Origin: a virus | Reading direction: 5' to 3' (one strand) | DNA: 64,000 nucleotides | Virus record (IMG/VR): IMGVR_UViG_3300030451_005868 | Span: 18,669-82,668 of that record | Shown: positions 19,687-29,698 of the stretch, piece after piece | Position numbering within the stretch: position 1 is the stretch's first letter | Layout: each line of letters starts with the position of its first letter | Translations under genes and position numbers: made by a program | The notes under the pieces: model-generated | Database searches by the model: none | What the model was told of the DNA's origin: nothing | Seen by the model: only the letters and a program-made list of their open reading frames with translations

Positions 19687-21002
19687 TGCAATACCTCTGG
19701 ATCTCTCGCCAATATTTTTTTAATATCTGTACCTCTTATTCTATCTATTCTTTCACACTCTGCTTTGCCATCTTTCCAACCTTGCCTGCAGGTCTTGTCA
19801 TCATATTTTTCTTCATTTGTAGGAGTATCCAAAATATTTTGTAAATTTGTAAAAAAATTGAAATTTAAAACATTCTGTTTTTCATTTTCATATTTTTTAA
19901 GAGTTTTGTTTATAATTTTGTGTAATAATTTTTTTGGCAAAAAACTTGGACTACTGTAAGTGTCAGGAGAAAAGTTAAAAACTTTTTTACATAATAATGG
20001 AATTTTTAGTGTTTTATGTAAATCATACATTCCTTCTAAATCAAATAGTCCAGGCAAAGTAACTGTGAGATCTAGTTGTAATTGCCTTGGGTGTTTTGTA
20101 AATTTTTTTGCATACTGCATGTTTTCAAACCATTGCTTGTAATTTAAGCCTGTCCTGACATATTCACCTACCTCTCCTGTTCCGTCGATGGAGGCATTGA
20201 TTTGCCAGTCATTAAATTTTGATAAAAGATCGTCAAATAAATTTAAACCAAAAAAGTCTATTCTGCTCATGTTTGAATTATATCTTGCAAAAACTGAATT
20301 GGCATAGCCTAGTTCTACGACTCGTTGCATGGCTGTCCAATGTATTTTCCACATCAATGGCTCTCCCCCACACCAATAAAATTCTTTGATACTTTTATTT
20401 TCAACAGCATTCATAAATTCTTTAACCACATGCTGATCGTGAAATTTTTGTAGATGCTCTTTCACATCTTTTCTTCCCCATATGTGTTTTGTTTCGTAGC
20501 GTTCGGCCCTTCCGTGTTTTTTATTTTCTGCTTCCCAACTGCTTGAAAGCATGTCTCCACACATTCTACAACTAAAATTACAAAGATTTGAAAAACGATA
20601 GTCCCAACTTGTTACTTGCATAGTGGTTGCACCTGTTTCATCTGTGCTCTCAAACGCCTCGTCAATTTGATTTTGATAAAACCTATTGAAATGCTGTCGA
20701 TAAACATTGGCATTTAACAACTTATGATTACATGTTGCACATTGCGATATCTCTTCACCAGCCATAAGTTTCAGTCTAATATCCTTCATGTAAGCACTAT
20801 TCCAATGTTCATCTAAAGTGGTTAACTTTAATTGGTCCGCATTTTTAGTCACAGACTCGGTATCAATATACTGATTAAAATTTTGCGATTGTTCACGACT
20901 AGCACAACACAATCTTCTTTCCATTTGCGGAGAAATAAATGTATGGGTCCACGGAGCCATACAAAACCTTTTGTTGCCTTCGTTTGGTTTAATTCTTTTC
21001 AT
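19668..21002 (-). CDS. Radical SAM protein with N-terminal twitch/SPASM-like domain (4 of 5)
   Basis: CMAPW..LCC..CATC, then CNFSCRMC, GGEP. Confidence 0.9.
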   Translation of the reverse strand: MKRIKPNEGNKRFCMAPWTHTFISPQMERRLCCASREQSQNFNQYIDTESVTKNADQLKLTTLDEHWNSAYMKDIRLKLMAGEEISQCATCNHKLLNANVYRQHFNRFYQNQIDEAFESTDETGATTMQVTSWDYRFSNLCNFSCRMCGDMLSSSWEAENKKHGRAERYETKHIWGRKDVKEHLQKFHDQHVVKEFMNAVENKSIKEFYWCGGEPLMWKIHWTAMQRVVELGYANSVFARYNSNMSRIDFFGLNLFDDLLSKFNDWQINASIDGTGEVGEYVRTGLNYKQWFENMQYAKKFTKHPRQLQLDLTVTLPGLFDLEGMYDLHKTLKIPLLCKKVFNFSPDTYSSPSFLPKKLLHKIINKTLKKYENEKQNVLNFNFFTNLQNILDTPTNEEKYDDKTCRQGWKDGKAECERIDRIRGTDIKKILARDPEVLQWWHSI

Positions 21003-22281
21003 ATTTGTCAAATAAATCTTTCCATTCTGGAAATATATCTATAAAGTTTTCATCTCTTATTTTGTCATATCTTCTAGTTTGAGAGAAGAAATTATCAAGA
21101 TGTTTTTGATTATCAGTTTTAAACATCCAATCCAGGGCAGATTGATAACCTTTCGTGGCCCTAGTCAAATGATCTTGTGTTGCAATCCATTTAATGTGTG
21201 TATCGTATTTTTCTTTGACCTGCTGTTTGAATTCAGGTGGCAATATGTCCATTCTTTGCCATGTTGGATGTTGTAATAAATTAAAATTAAAATCTTGAGG
21301 TTTGATCAATCCTTGTTCGACCCAACTTTTATGAAAATCACATACATGTAGACTGTTGGCTAAACCAACCGTAGAACTAATATAAAAATCAACTTGTGGA
21401 CAAACTTGCATCATTCTTTTTCTATTTTCCACAGTCTCTTCCCACTTGGTGCCTTTTCGCATAAGTTCTGCCCTATCCCATTCAGCGTCCAGACTGGCTC
21501 CAACAGATACAGAATCAAATTTATTCCAAAGTTCAAACACATCAATATCCTTAAATTTAGTACGACTGAAATTGGTGTTATAAATTAGTCTCACATGATA
21601 CATTTTACGTTTGTCTAATTCTTTTAGAATTCTATAATGCTCCTCCATTATTATAGGTTCACCACCTGCAAAATAAAACTGCTCAGTATGATCAAATGAC
21701 TCCAACATCTGTTCCCATAAGTCATTGGTGTGCCTTCCTACTTTCATTACCTTAGCATGTGGCGGTGGAGAACCTGTGAGTTTTTTATGGTCTTCATACC
21801 AATTAGAACTGAACCAAGTTCCACAACTTCTACAAGCCATATTACATAGATTGGAAAAACGTATATCCCAATATTTCATTACAAAATCTGCAGTGCCGTC
21901 AGGCTTGGTTGAATCCACTAAGCCTATGTTGTGTCCAAAGTGTTTGTTAGAACTAAGACGCAGACTAAAAAAACCAGATTTCTCTTGATCATAACACTTT
22001 AAACATTCACGAGATTTTTTGTTGTTTAGCATTCGAAGTCTCATCTCCTTCATTTTGTCACCATTGAAAACTTCTTTCAAACTGTTTTTGTTAAGATTCC
22101 CAACATCATAAGGGTCAAAAGCAAAACAGCAAGGATATGCCCTACCATCTGGATACGCATGAAGATGCATCCAAGGAAGCATACAAAAAGATTCTGATTC
22201 TATCAATAACTCCTTCTGTCTAGGAGTCATATCTTTTATTTTTAATTTTTCAGGCTCTTTGGCCCCGTACTCATATGCCAT
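20989..22281 (-). CDS. Radical SAM protein with N-terminal twitch/SPASM-like domain (3 of 5)
   Basis: CMLPW..PCC..CLKC, then CNMACRSC, AGGEP. Confidence 0.9.
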   Translation of the reverse strand: MAYEYGAKEPEKLKIKDMTPRQKELLIESESFCMLPWMHLHAYPDGRAYPCCFAFDPYDVGNLNKNSLKEVFNGDKMKEMRLRMLNNKKSRECLKCYDQEKSGFFSLRLSSNKHFGHNIGLVDSTKPDGTADFVMKYWDIRFSNLCNMACRSCGTWFSSNWYEDHKKLTGSPPPHAKVMKVGRHTNDLWEQMLESFDHTEQFYFAGGEPIIMEEHYRILKELDKRKMYHVRLIYNTNFSRTKFKDIDVFELWNKFDSVSVGASLDAEWDRAELMRKGTKWEETVENRKRMMQVCPQVDFYISSTVGLANSLHVCDFHKSWVEQGLIKPQDFNFNLLQHPTWQRMDILPPEFKQQVKEKYDTHIKWIATQDHLTRATKGYQSALDWMFKTDNQKHLDNFFSQTRRYDKIRDENFIDIFPEWKDLFDKYEKN

Positions 22282-24316
22282 TGTACCATTCTCCTATTAT
22301 TGGAAAAGTTTTTTCAAAACTCTTGCCTCTACGTGTATCGTATTGACTGTAGAAAACTTTAAAGTCTTTTTGTAATTTATCTTGTGTAGCCGCACCAGCG
22401 TGTGGAGTTTTAACCACATCCAAATAATCTATCAGCCTTTTTGTGTGTTCTATTTCCATGCCCTCTAACCATTTCTCATTATTAGTTAAGAACTTTTCAA
22501 TATCACCCTTAAATTTATTTCTAAGATCATCTGGTAGCACTAAAGGCGATTGAAAACTAGGAAACCTAAGTATATTCAACGTAAAGTTAATTGATCTTTT
22601 ATGATGTTTCATGCCTACAAGTATTTCTAAAAATTTTGATAATGACTCTAAACATAGTGCGTTAATTGTACACATATTATGGACACTGTTTGGCACTCCA
22701 GATAAAATTATATCATTTAAATTTTCGTACCAGTATTCAAAATCCATGCCATCCCTGATATATTCTGCCTGTTGAAATACTGATTCATTTGAGGTATATA
22801 AATCCACTGCATGAAAATTCCAAAGTTTTTTCTTAAATCTTTCTATTATTTCCTTTTTGGCACCAAGATTTGTGTTAATTGCTAGTCGCATATTTGGATT
22901 AATTTTATCACCTTGCGTTTCAATCCAATCTAAGAGACGCCATAAATTAGGAGACATCATTGGCTCTCCCCCAGTAATTCTTAATTCATCTAAAGTTTTA
23001 TGAAGATCACTTTCCCACCATTTGTAAAATGCCTCCACATATGGATTGGTTTCATCTTTTTTATATGGCTCTGCAGATTCATGACTATGAGTAAAATGAT
23101 TACGACCGTCTGATTGTAGTCCAGTATATGGTCCTTTTTGCTTGATGTCATTTGCCCAGGTTGTACTAAAAGCAGGATTACAATATGTGCAGGCAAATTG
23201 ACAAGTTCTGTCAAACGCAATTTCTAAAGTTTTCAAGTTGTGATTTGCTTGATGATTGGTTGCAAAAGCAGTATGCAAATCTTCATTAGTAAAAATTTTA
23301 CTTTTATATACTCTATCACTAATTGCATTACGACCCATGTCCTCAATTTTCCAACAATATTCGCAACCAGCAGGTCTTTCGCCGCACTGCATCTGCCTAC
23401 GCTGTTCTTTTTTTTGTTTGGTATTGTGTATTGCACTTGGGTTAGTTTTTATCTCTTCTAGATCAATTTTGTGTGGCAATGGATGATGACAACTTGTAGT
23501 CATACCTGAACCTAGCCATATAGTGGCATTATACCATTTGGCTCCGCAAAAACTTGCTGACTTTGTATCTAATACTTGTTTTTTATAATCTATATCATTC
23601 ATGGTATTTTGCACATGGTCATCTTTTTTAAATAATTTTTCAAACTTATCATTTGGCAAAAAATTTTCTGTCTTCAAAATAATGTTTTTTGCCCAATAGT
23701 ACTGTGCCAACCTAGATGCATCATGTTCACTTTGACTGTTTTTATTTGCATAATCTGTAGTGAATTCTTTTATTCCTTTCTTGCCATCATAAAAAATAAA
23801 CTTACTCCAATCAATTTCGTTGTATAATCTTTTTTCACTTATACTTGAGAATGTATTTCTTAACACATCTTTATGCTCAATCATCATTGTAAAACTAATG
23901 CTTTGACTAGTGAGAAATTGTTGTGTGCGTAAAATGTGTTCTAGTGTTCTATAATATTGTCTGTCTAAATTGAAAAAATGTTTATTATAAAACTCATGTT
24001 TCTCTTTCTGTGGGTGTTGTCCATAAGCAACCTTAAAATTAGTGTTTTGATCTTTAACAACTAATGATTCACTTCCTAAAACATAATCTTTTTGTACAAC
24101 TTCATATTTCTCTGGTCCAGTCCACATCACATAAAGATGACTTATTAAAGATCTTAATTCTAAAACGCTATCAATTACTTTCCTGCTGATTGTCTCATTA
24201 CTTGCATTTTTAAAAGAAAAGGTTTCATAGTCTTTTCCTTGTAATTCTGCCAAATACCTTGGCCATGACCAACCAGTATTTTTGTACCCACCCCATCCGT
24301 GACAAACTATTTTCAT
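22271..24316 (-). CDS. Degenerate SGNH-like domain fused to a radical SAM protein (2 of 5)
   Basis: N-terminal ~238 aa with ASNETISR and YVMWT; then CGAKW..SCHH..CEYC, CQFACTYC, TGGEP. Confidence 0.8.
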   Translation of the reverse strand: MKIVCHGWGGYKNTGWSWPRYLAELQGKDYETFSFKNASNETISRKVIDSVLELRSLISHLYVMWTGPEKYEVVQKDYVLGSESLVVKDQNTNFKVAYGQHPQKEKHEFYNKHFFNLDRQYYRTLEHILRTQQFLTSQSISFTMMIEHKDVLRNTFSSISEKRLYNEIDWSKFIFYDGKKGIKEFTTDYANKNSQSEHDASRLAQYYWAKNIILKTENFLPNDKFEKLFKKDDHVQNTMNDIDYKKQVLDTKSASFCGAKWYNATIWLGSGMTTSCHHPLPHKIDLEEIKTNPSAIHNTKQKKEQRRQMQCGERPAGCEYCWKIEDMGRNAISDRVYKSKIFTNEDLHTAFATNHQANHNLKTLEIAFDRTCQFACTYCNPAFSTTWANDIKQKGPYTGLQSDGRNHFTHSHESAEPYKKDETNPYVEAFYKWWESDLHKTLDELRITGGEPMMSPNLWRLLDWIETQGDKINPNMRLAINTNLGAKKEIIERFKKKLWNFHAVDLYTSNESVFQQAEYIRDGMDFEYWYENLNDIILSGVPNSVHNMCTINALCLESLSKFLEILVGMKHHKRSINFTLNILRFPSFQSPLVLPDDLRNKFKGDIEKFLTNNEKWLEGMEIEHTKRLIDYLDVVKTPHAGAATQDKLQKDFKVFYSQYDTRRGKSFEKTFPIIGEWYNGI

Positions 24317-25683
24317 GCGTTTTTACACTCCTGCCAAAATTCTATCATTTCTGGAAATGTGTTTTGAAAATTAGTGTTGCGTCTGCGATCGTGTTCGTTA
24401 AAAAATGCGTAAAAGTTCTTTTTTAGCATAGCACTTGCGTTTGCGTTTTTTTTCCAGTAAGCAAGATTGCGAAGCATTTTTTGAATCTCAAAGTCCTTGA
24501 ACTTGTCAAACCCTTTGCCCTCTCCAGAATTTTGCCTCATGTATTCTATGTTGTCCTCGTGAATGCTCATATATGACTCAGGTAACAGAGTGATCTGTTG
24601 CCACACCGGTTGTCTCAACAGGGGCACATCAAACCACACACGTTGATACTCCTTGCTGTATTTCTGTCTAAGATCCAATATCTTTTCCAGTAGTTTGTCC
24701 ATGCTGGTTATACTGAGGTTGTTGTATGTGCAAATAAACGTTATGCTGTTTCTGTAGGGTATTCGGTACAGAAATTCCTCCACATTGTCCATCATGCGAT
24801 TGAAGTCCAGTCCGTTACGTATGTACTCAGCACGTTTGCCATAAGCATCCACACTCACAAACTGCATCACGTGTTCAACTTTTTTTTGCAGGCATATCTC
24901 CTGCAACATGTTGAAATATCTAGTTTTCAACTTCACATCCGGTGGACACATGTTGCTGGTGATGTTCAAATGCAGATCCTGTTTGGGATGATCTATTATG
25001 TATTGAAACACCTTGTATGTGTTTTTGTCCATCATGGGTTCACCTCCGGTCATACGAAAGTGTTTTAGATTTTTGTATAGGTCAGGCCACCACTTCCAGA
25101 ATGCTTCCACGTAAGGATTTGATTCACGTTGTGGTATGGGTCTCTTCCTGCCTTGAAAGTGTTCTGGAGCGTTGTGTGGTGGCGATGTGGGAAACTCACC
25201 GTAAAGGTCTGTTTCTTTGCCCCAGGCAGTGGAAAACTGTGGCGAACAGTAACTACACTTGAAATTACAAGCATGGTTAAAATTGACTTCCACGTACCTG
25301 GGAGTCCAACTTGTGGTCATTGGATTTTGTTTGATGGCCTCAAAGTCCTGCATGGCCCATGGTTCACCTGATCTATAATGTCTGTCTGACATTTCACCGG
25401 TGTCTTCCATTTTCCAGCAGTAGGAACATCCGTCTGGACGTTCGCCTTGTAGCATCTTGAATCTTTGATCTAGTTTTTCTGCGGTGTTGTGCAGTGCCGC
25501 AGGATTGGTTTTCACTGCTTCTGCATCTATTTCGTGCAAGGGAGGGTGATAACAACTGTTGGTCAAACCAGTGGGCAGATGGAAACTGACTTGATTCCAC
25601 TTGGCCAAACACATGGTAGGCGACACTTCCTGTAATTTTATCTGTGCCCGATGTGCATCTGCTTTATAATCACTGGTACTCAC
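24313..25683 (-). CDS. Radical SAM protein with N-terminal twitch/SPASM-like domain (1 of 5)
   Basis: CLAKW..SCYH..CSYC, then CNFKCSYC, TGGEP. Confidence 0.9.
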   Translation of the reverse strand: MSTSDYKADAHRAQIKLQEVSPTMCLAKWNQVSFHLPTGLTNSCYHPPLHEIDAEAVKTNPAALHNTAEKLDQRFKMLQGERPDGCSYCWKMEDTGEMSDRHYRSGEPWAMQDFEAIKQNPMTTSWTPRYVEVNFNHACNFKCSYCSPQFSTAWGKETDLYGEFPTSPPHNAPEHFQGRKRPIPQRESNPYVEAFWKWWPDLYKNLKHFRMTGGEPMMDKNTYKVFQYIIDHPKQDLHLNITSNMCPPDVKLKTRYFNMLQEICLQKKVEHVMQFVSVDAYGKRAEYIRNGLDFNRMMDNVEEFLYRIPYRNSITFICTYNNLSITSMDKLLEKILDLRQKYSKEYQRVWFDVPLLRQPVWQQITLLPESYMSIHEDNIEYMRQNSGEGKGFDKFKDFEIQKMLRNLAYWKKNANASAMLKKNFYAFFNEHDRRRNTNFQNTFPEMIEFWQECKNA

Positions 25684-26566
25684 GATCTTGCACTCCTCTG
25701 TTGATGTGTGGTGGCATCACAAACCTATAAAACACACTTTCACTATCATTGTATTCTGCTATGGGCATGGCCAGTTGCTGTCTAAGACTGTTGCCAAACA
25801 ATTGAAGTTCTTCGTCTATGTCATTGTCTTTGACTTCCTGAAAATATTTCGCCAACTCTGACAGATCTCTCACACTGAATATGTCATGTTTTTTTTCCAA
25901 CACTGTGTAAAAGCAACCCATTCTTGCACCCAACATTGCCCACTTGCCATAAGATTGGTCCGCACCAATTGTACACCATGTGCTCAGTATCCGCAAGTTA
26001 TTGGGCCACATTTTTTTGAAATCACCTGCAGGAATAGGCTTGCCTTTGTCTGTGCTCATTTTTACACCTTCTCTCCATCCGGCCACAAATGCCTGCTCTG
26101 CGGAGGAATTGATCACAGTGGTTGAATAACAATTGTGTAAATTTTCATGTGGAACTCCCCAACAAAAGTCAATTTGATTTTCTTCCGAGTCTGCGTTTTC
26201 GTGTGTTCTCATACCAAGGCAAGTCTGCTTGTCCCAACCCACGATGCCACCATTGCCGTACACCAATCCATTCACACTGTTACGGCCTCTCCATCTATGC
26301 ACTGCTTTTCGATTGGTTTTGCTCCAGTCCAGTGTTTCAAGTAAGAATTTTTCGTCCAATATATTATCACCGTCTATGCTGATAAAAAAATCAGTCTGTG
26401 CCAGTTCCGCGGCGGCCTTGTGTGCAGAATCAAATCCCACAACACCGTCCACACGTTTTGCCCATGGCACTTTGTTTTTGAGGTCTGCCCAATTTTGTTC
26501 TTTGTTGGGTTCACGAAAACTTATAAAAACAAAATCTAAATCACTTACTCTGATTCTATCAGCCAT
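25670..26566 (-). CDS. GT-A-fold glycosyltransferase-like protein
   Basis: DFVFISFREPN, GFDSAHKAAA, DxD-type IDGDN, NGLVYGNGG. Confidence 0.65.
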   Translation of the reverse strand: MADRIRVSDLDFVFISFREPNKEQNWADLKNKVPWAKRVDGVVGFDSAHKAAAELAQTDFFISIDGDNILDEKFLLETLDWSKTNRKAVHRWRGRNSVNGLVYGNGGIVGWDKQTCLGMRTHENADSEENQIDFCWGVPHENLHNCYSTTVINSSAEQAFVAGWREGVKMSTDKGKPIPAGDFKKMWPNNLRILSTWCTIGADQSYGKWAMLGARMGCFYTVLEKKHDIFSVRDLSELAKYFQEVKDNDIDEELQLFGNSLRQQLAMPIAEYNDSESVFYRFVMPPHINRGVQDREYQ

Positions 26567-26850
26567 GTGTCTCCTCCATCAACCACTGCGTTGGGCCAGT
26601 GAATATCACCCTGTTCAAAACTATACCCTCGTGTAGAACTTTGTAATACTGAATATTGTGTTTTGCGTTTTTGTTTTGTTCTTAAAGCAGGTCCAAATTT
26701 AGTCCATGCATAGTTTTCTTCACCTTGCTTGATTATTTCTAATTTTTTCTGTAAACTAACTTCACACTTTTTGCCTTGAATCATAACAAAATGTTTTTTC
26801 TCCCTCACAGGCGGCAAGTTACGTATGGCGTCCAGCAAACTATCTGACAT
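26545..26850 (-). CDS. Hypothetical protein
   Basis: Operon tiling; start placed at MSDSLL. Confidence 0.6.
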   Translation of the reverse strand: MSDSLLDAIRNLPPVREKKHFVMIQGKKCEVSLQKKLEIIKQGEENYAWTKFGPALRTKQKRKTQYSVLQSSTRGYSFEQGDIHWPNAVVDGGDTWLIESE

Positions 26851-27628
26851 ACAAATCCTTTTCATGATAGTGCCACACACGTGTGATACGACTGTCACCT
26901 AAATATATGTTTTCTCCTGATCTGTTGGGATAGAGATACTCGTTTTGATTTTTGACATGCTGTAGATTGTTGACGGCTGGTTTGTGATGTAAAAATTTAA
27001 ACCATTCATAGTCTATGAGATACTGATTTGTTGGGTCAATCAGTCTATAGGCCAAAGCATAAACCACATCTGTGCTTGGATATGTATCATGACAGTCAAT
27101 CAACATGGTGGTTCTTACATATTTCCAGTTTTTGGTGATATATTCAGCCGTTTTAAAAAACTTTTGTGCCCATGTGCTTTTTCTAAAGTACATCAATCCA
27201 TTGTAGATATTGGGCAATTGGTTTGTTTGCCATAACTTTCTATATGGTGTATCTATGACCAGTTCGTCTTTGTAGTTTCTACAATTAACACTGAACACCA
27301 AGTTGTGTTGCCATAAGTGATACCACCACCAATCAGTATTTGTGCTCCATAACATGTCACTTTCCAGTTTTATGGTGTGAGTAAAAGGTGAAACTGCAAA
27401 TGCTTTGTATTCGTTTGCCCATTTTGTACTGTGTTCAGCACTTTCGTCGTTGTGCATCACTTTGACTAGATCAACAGCCGGATGTTCAAAAGCACTGGCC
27501 TTATCTGTAACCACGCAAATTTTGTTTTCTTTGTTGCAATATTTTATACTCTTGGCCAATTTGATACTGAGTTCAACATAATCTGTAGTTTCGTTATTTT
27601 GTGCAAACCATAAAAAACCCTTATGCAT
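26840..27628 (-). CDS. Glycosyltransferase-like protein (GT8-like nucleotide-diphospho-sugar transferase)
   Basis: KGFLWFA...SIK, SPFTHTIKLESDML, STDVVYALA. Confidence 0.6.
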   Translation of the reverse strand: MHKGFLWFAQNNETTDYVELSIKLAKSIKYCNKENKICVVTDKASAFEHPAVDLVKVMHNDESAEHSTKWANEYKAFAVSPFTHTIKLESDMLWSTNTDWWWYHLWQHNLVFSVNCRNYKDELVIDTPYRKLWQTNQLPNIYNGLMYFRKSTWAQKFFKTAEYITKNWKYVRTTMLIDCHDTYPSTDVVYALAYRLIDPTNQYLIDYEWFKFLHHKPAVNNLQHVKNQNEYLYPNRSGENIYLGDSRITRVWHYHEKDLYVR

Positions 27629-28370
27629 TGGCCATCTCCTTGTTTAACACATGCACGTCTTGATTTTCTACATAATTTATTTCATCATTGTATTGCCATG
27701 CTATGCCCGTGTCTGACATTTTAACAATTTGACAATCTGGCGGCAGTGTTGGCAACTTTAACGGGAGTGTGAAATACGGCATGAACCCATTAGACTGTTG
27801 TAGTGCAATGGCAAATGCATAGTCGTTACGAAATTTTTTATCATATATTCTGTACATGTCTGTGAAATAAGCATAGAATGATTTTACATATTTTAAAGTA
27901 TCAAAAACTCGTCTTGCACGTTTGCCTTTGCGGAAAATAAACACCGTGGCCCATACCATATCAATCATGCTGTATTTTCGGAAGTCAAAACTGTTCCTAC
28001 CAGATAGGTCATGTGCTTGTTTACTGATTAAAAAATCGTAATCTGTGTCCAAAAATTGTTTTAGATTGTCAGTATAGACAAAATAATCTATATCCATAAC
28101 CAATGTCACATCGTAGGGTGACAGTTCATACGCAAGATGTCTATCCACATTCAACCATTGTTCGCCATTTCTTGTGTTACCGTGTTCAGGTTCTACAAAT
28201 TTGTAATTGATTAGGCCCAACGGCTTTAATTTTTTGAATGTATCAAAATTTGTAACAACTGTGATCTCTAATTGTAGATTTTTTTTGATTAGATACACAC
28301 AGCGTTCTAATATTTTGTGATAATTTATTTTTTCTGTGTTAAAACAGAATAAAAGTACACCTTTTGTCAT
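27621..28370 (-). CDS. Glycosyltransferase-like protein, paralogue of the preceding gene
   Basis: KGVLLF, SPYDVTLVMDIDY (DxD), RNDYAFAIA, HVLNK. Confidence 0.65.
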   Translation of the reverse strand: MTKGVLLFCFNTEKINYHKILERCVYLIKKNLQLEITVVTNFDTFKKLKPLGLINYKFVEPEHGNTRNGEQWLNVDRHLAYELSPYDVTLVMDIDYFVYTDNLKQFLDTDYDFLISKQAHDLSGRNSFDFRKYSMIDMVWATVFIFRKGKRARRVFDTLKYVKSFYAYFTDMYRIYDKKFRNDYAFAIALQQSNGFMPYFTLPLKLPTLPPDCQIVKMSDTGIAWQYNDEINYVENQDVHVLNKEMANA

Positions 28371-28687
28371 TAGCCTTCTCGTTTTGCAAATGTTTTAGAC
28401 ATTTGGTGATACGAACTAATGGCTTCTTGATTTCTTTGTATTAATGTTTGTATAAATTCTGTAGGACTATCGATTTCTACAGGATTTTGATTGGTATCTA
28501 AAATAAAAAACTTGTCATTTGTTTCTGCAAGTGTTTTAGCCAAACAGATTGTTTCCGCATCTGCACGAAAGATATGTTCCTTGTATACCACAACAAGTCG
28601 CGAGTGTGCTTTCTCAATGGCATTGCGTTTTGCCACAGCCACATTGTATGAAAGATCTGATTGTTTTTTTAGTTCGCCAATGTCCAT
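28370..28687 (-). CDS. Hypothetical phage protein, first gene of the modification operon
   Basis: LDTNQNPVEI motif; TAATG overlap with the next gene. Confidence 0.7.
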   Translation of the reverse strand: MDIGELKKQSDLSYNVAVAKRNAIEKAHSRLVVVYKEHIFRADAETICLAKTLAETNDKFFILDTNQNPVEIDSPTEFIQTLIQRNQEAISSYHQMSKTFAKREG

Positions 28688-28693
28688 ACCACA

Positions 28694-28722
28694 ATTATAT
28701 TGTAATTATGGATGTAAATCAA
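28694..28722 (-). promoter_or_regulatory. Sigma70-like promoter heading the 16-kb modification operon
   Basis: Minus strand TTGATT-N17-TATAAT with ATG 6 nt downstream. Confidence 0.65.
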
Positions 28723-28737
28723 CCTGGATAAAATAAA

Positions 28738-29697
28738 TTATGATACTGAGTTGCTGACTTCTGCGTTTGAAGACGACTGAATTGCGGCGGCTAAACCTTG
28801 TGCATCTGTTGGATGTACTTCAATTAAGGCCATTGTCATGATAGGCGCTTCGTTGGGATTTGTCGGTACACCGGCAGTGTTACCAGCAGTGAATGTATCA
28901 TCCCCAGCGGCATCAGTTGATACCATTTTGACTGTCATTACCGTAGCACTGCCAACCGCGGCGTCTAATTTTGCTGAGATCTCCACCGTGTTTGAAGTGT
29001 AGCCTGAGTTGTCAGATGTCAATTTGATAATTGTTGTATAGCCTGTTCCTAAATCATGAAAGCCATTTGCTAGACCGTTAGTGGTCAATGTTTCACCTGA
29101 TCCTGATCTTGTGCTGGCTTGAGACCCAATATCTAAGTTTCCTATTGCTGTGGTGGTTAGATCATCAAAAACTGTGTCTTTGTCTCCGTCAATACCTGTT
29201 GTAGCACTAGGATCAACTCTTATTTTTCCACCTGCATTGAAAAAATGTCTCATAGCATCTGCACTGGCAAAGGTAACTGATCGTTCAATAGTAGATGTGT
29301 TATTCCATGTACTTGCATTTGAACTTGAACCTACAGCGTTAGTTCCAAGTGCTGTTGCATTTGGTGAACCTGCCGCAACCGATGCCGCCAATGTGGCCAA
29401 ATCCGCCTCTACTGCTGATTTGATTTCTATTGTTTGGCCTGCCGCAACTGAAGTTCTTGCTGTGAGTGAATCATTTGTGTGATTGGCAATGTTGTCCATT
29501 CCTGTTAGAAGTGAGTTCCATTGTGATGCATTGATTGTGCCTGCTCCTGCTGTCACTGTGGCTATGTGAGTCTGTCCTAATCCGTATTCTCCTGATCCTG
29601 TACCAGCAAAGTGGTTGTATCCAAACGGACTTGAACTGTTGTTCACAAACGTGTTATACGTGTCTGCTGTAATTGTATCACCTGATGCGTATGCCAT
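28738..29697 (-). CDS. Putative virion structural protein
   Basis: T/S/A/G-rich; MAY start, GYNHFAGTG..GLGQ and RHFFNAGG; end of the tail module. Confidence 0.65.
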   Translation of the reverse strand: MAYASGDTITADTYNTFVNNSSSPFGYNHFAGTGSGEYGLGQTHIATVTAGAGTINASQWNSLLTGMDNIANHTNDSLTARTSVAAGQTIEIKSAVEADLATLAASVAAGSPNATALGTNAVGSSSNASTWNNTSTIERSVTFASADAMRHFFNAGGKIRVDPSATTGIDGDKDTVFDDLTTTAIGNLDIGSQASTRSGSGETLTTNGLANGFHDLGTGYTTIIKLTSDNSGYTSNTVEISAKLDAAVGSATVMTVKMVSTDAAGDDTFTAGNTAGVPTNPNEAPIMTMALIEVHPTDAQGLAAAIQSSSNAEVSNSVS

Positions 29698-29698
29698 T

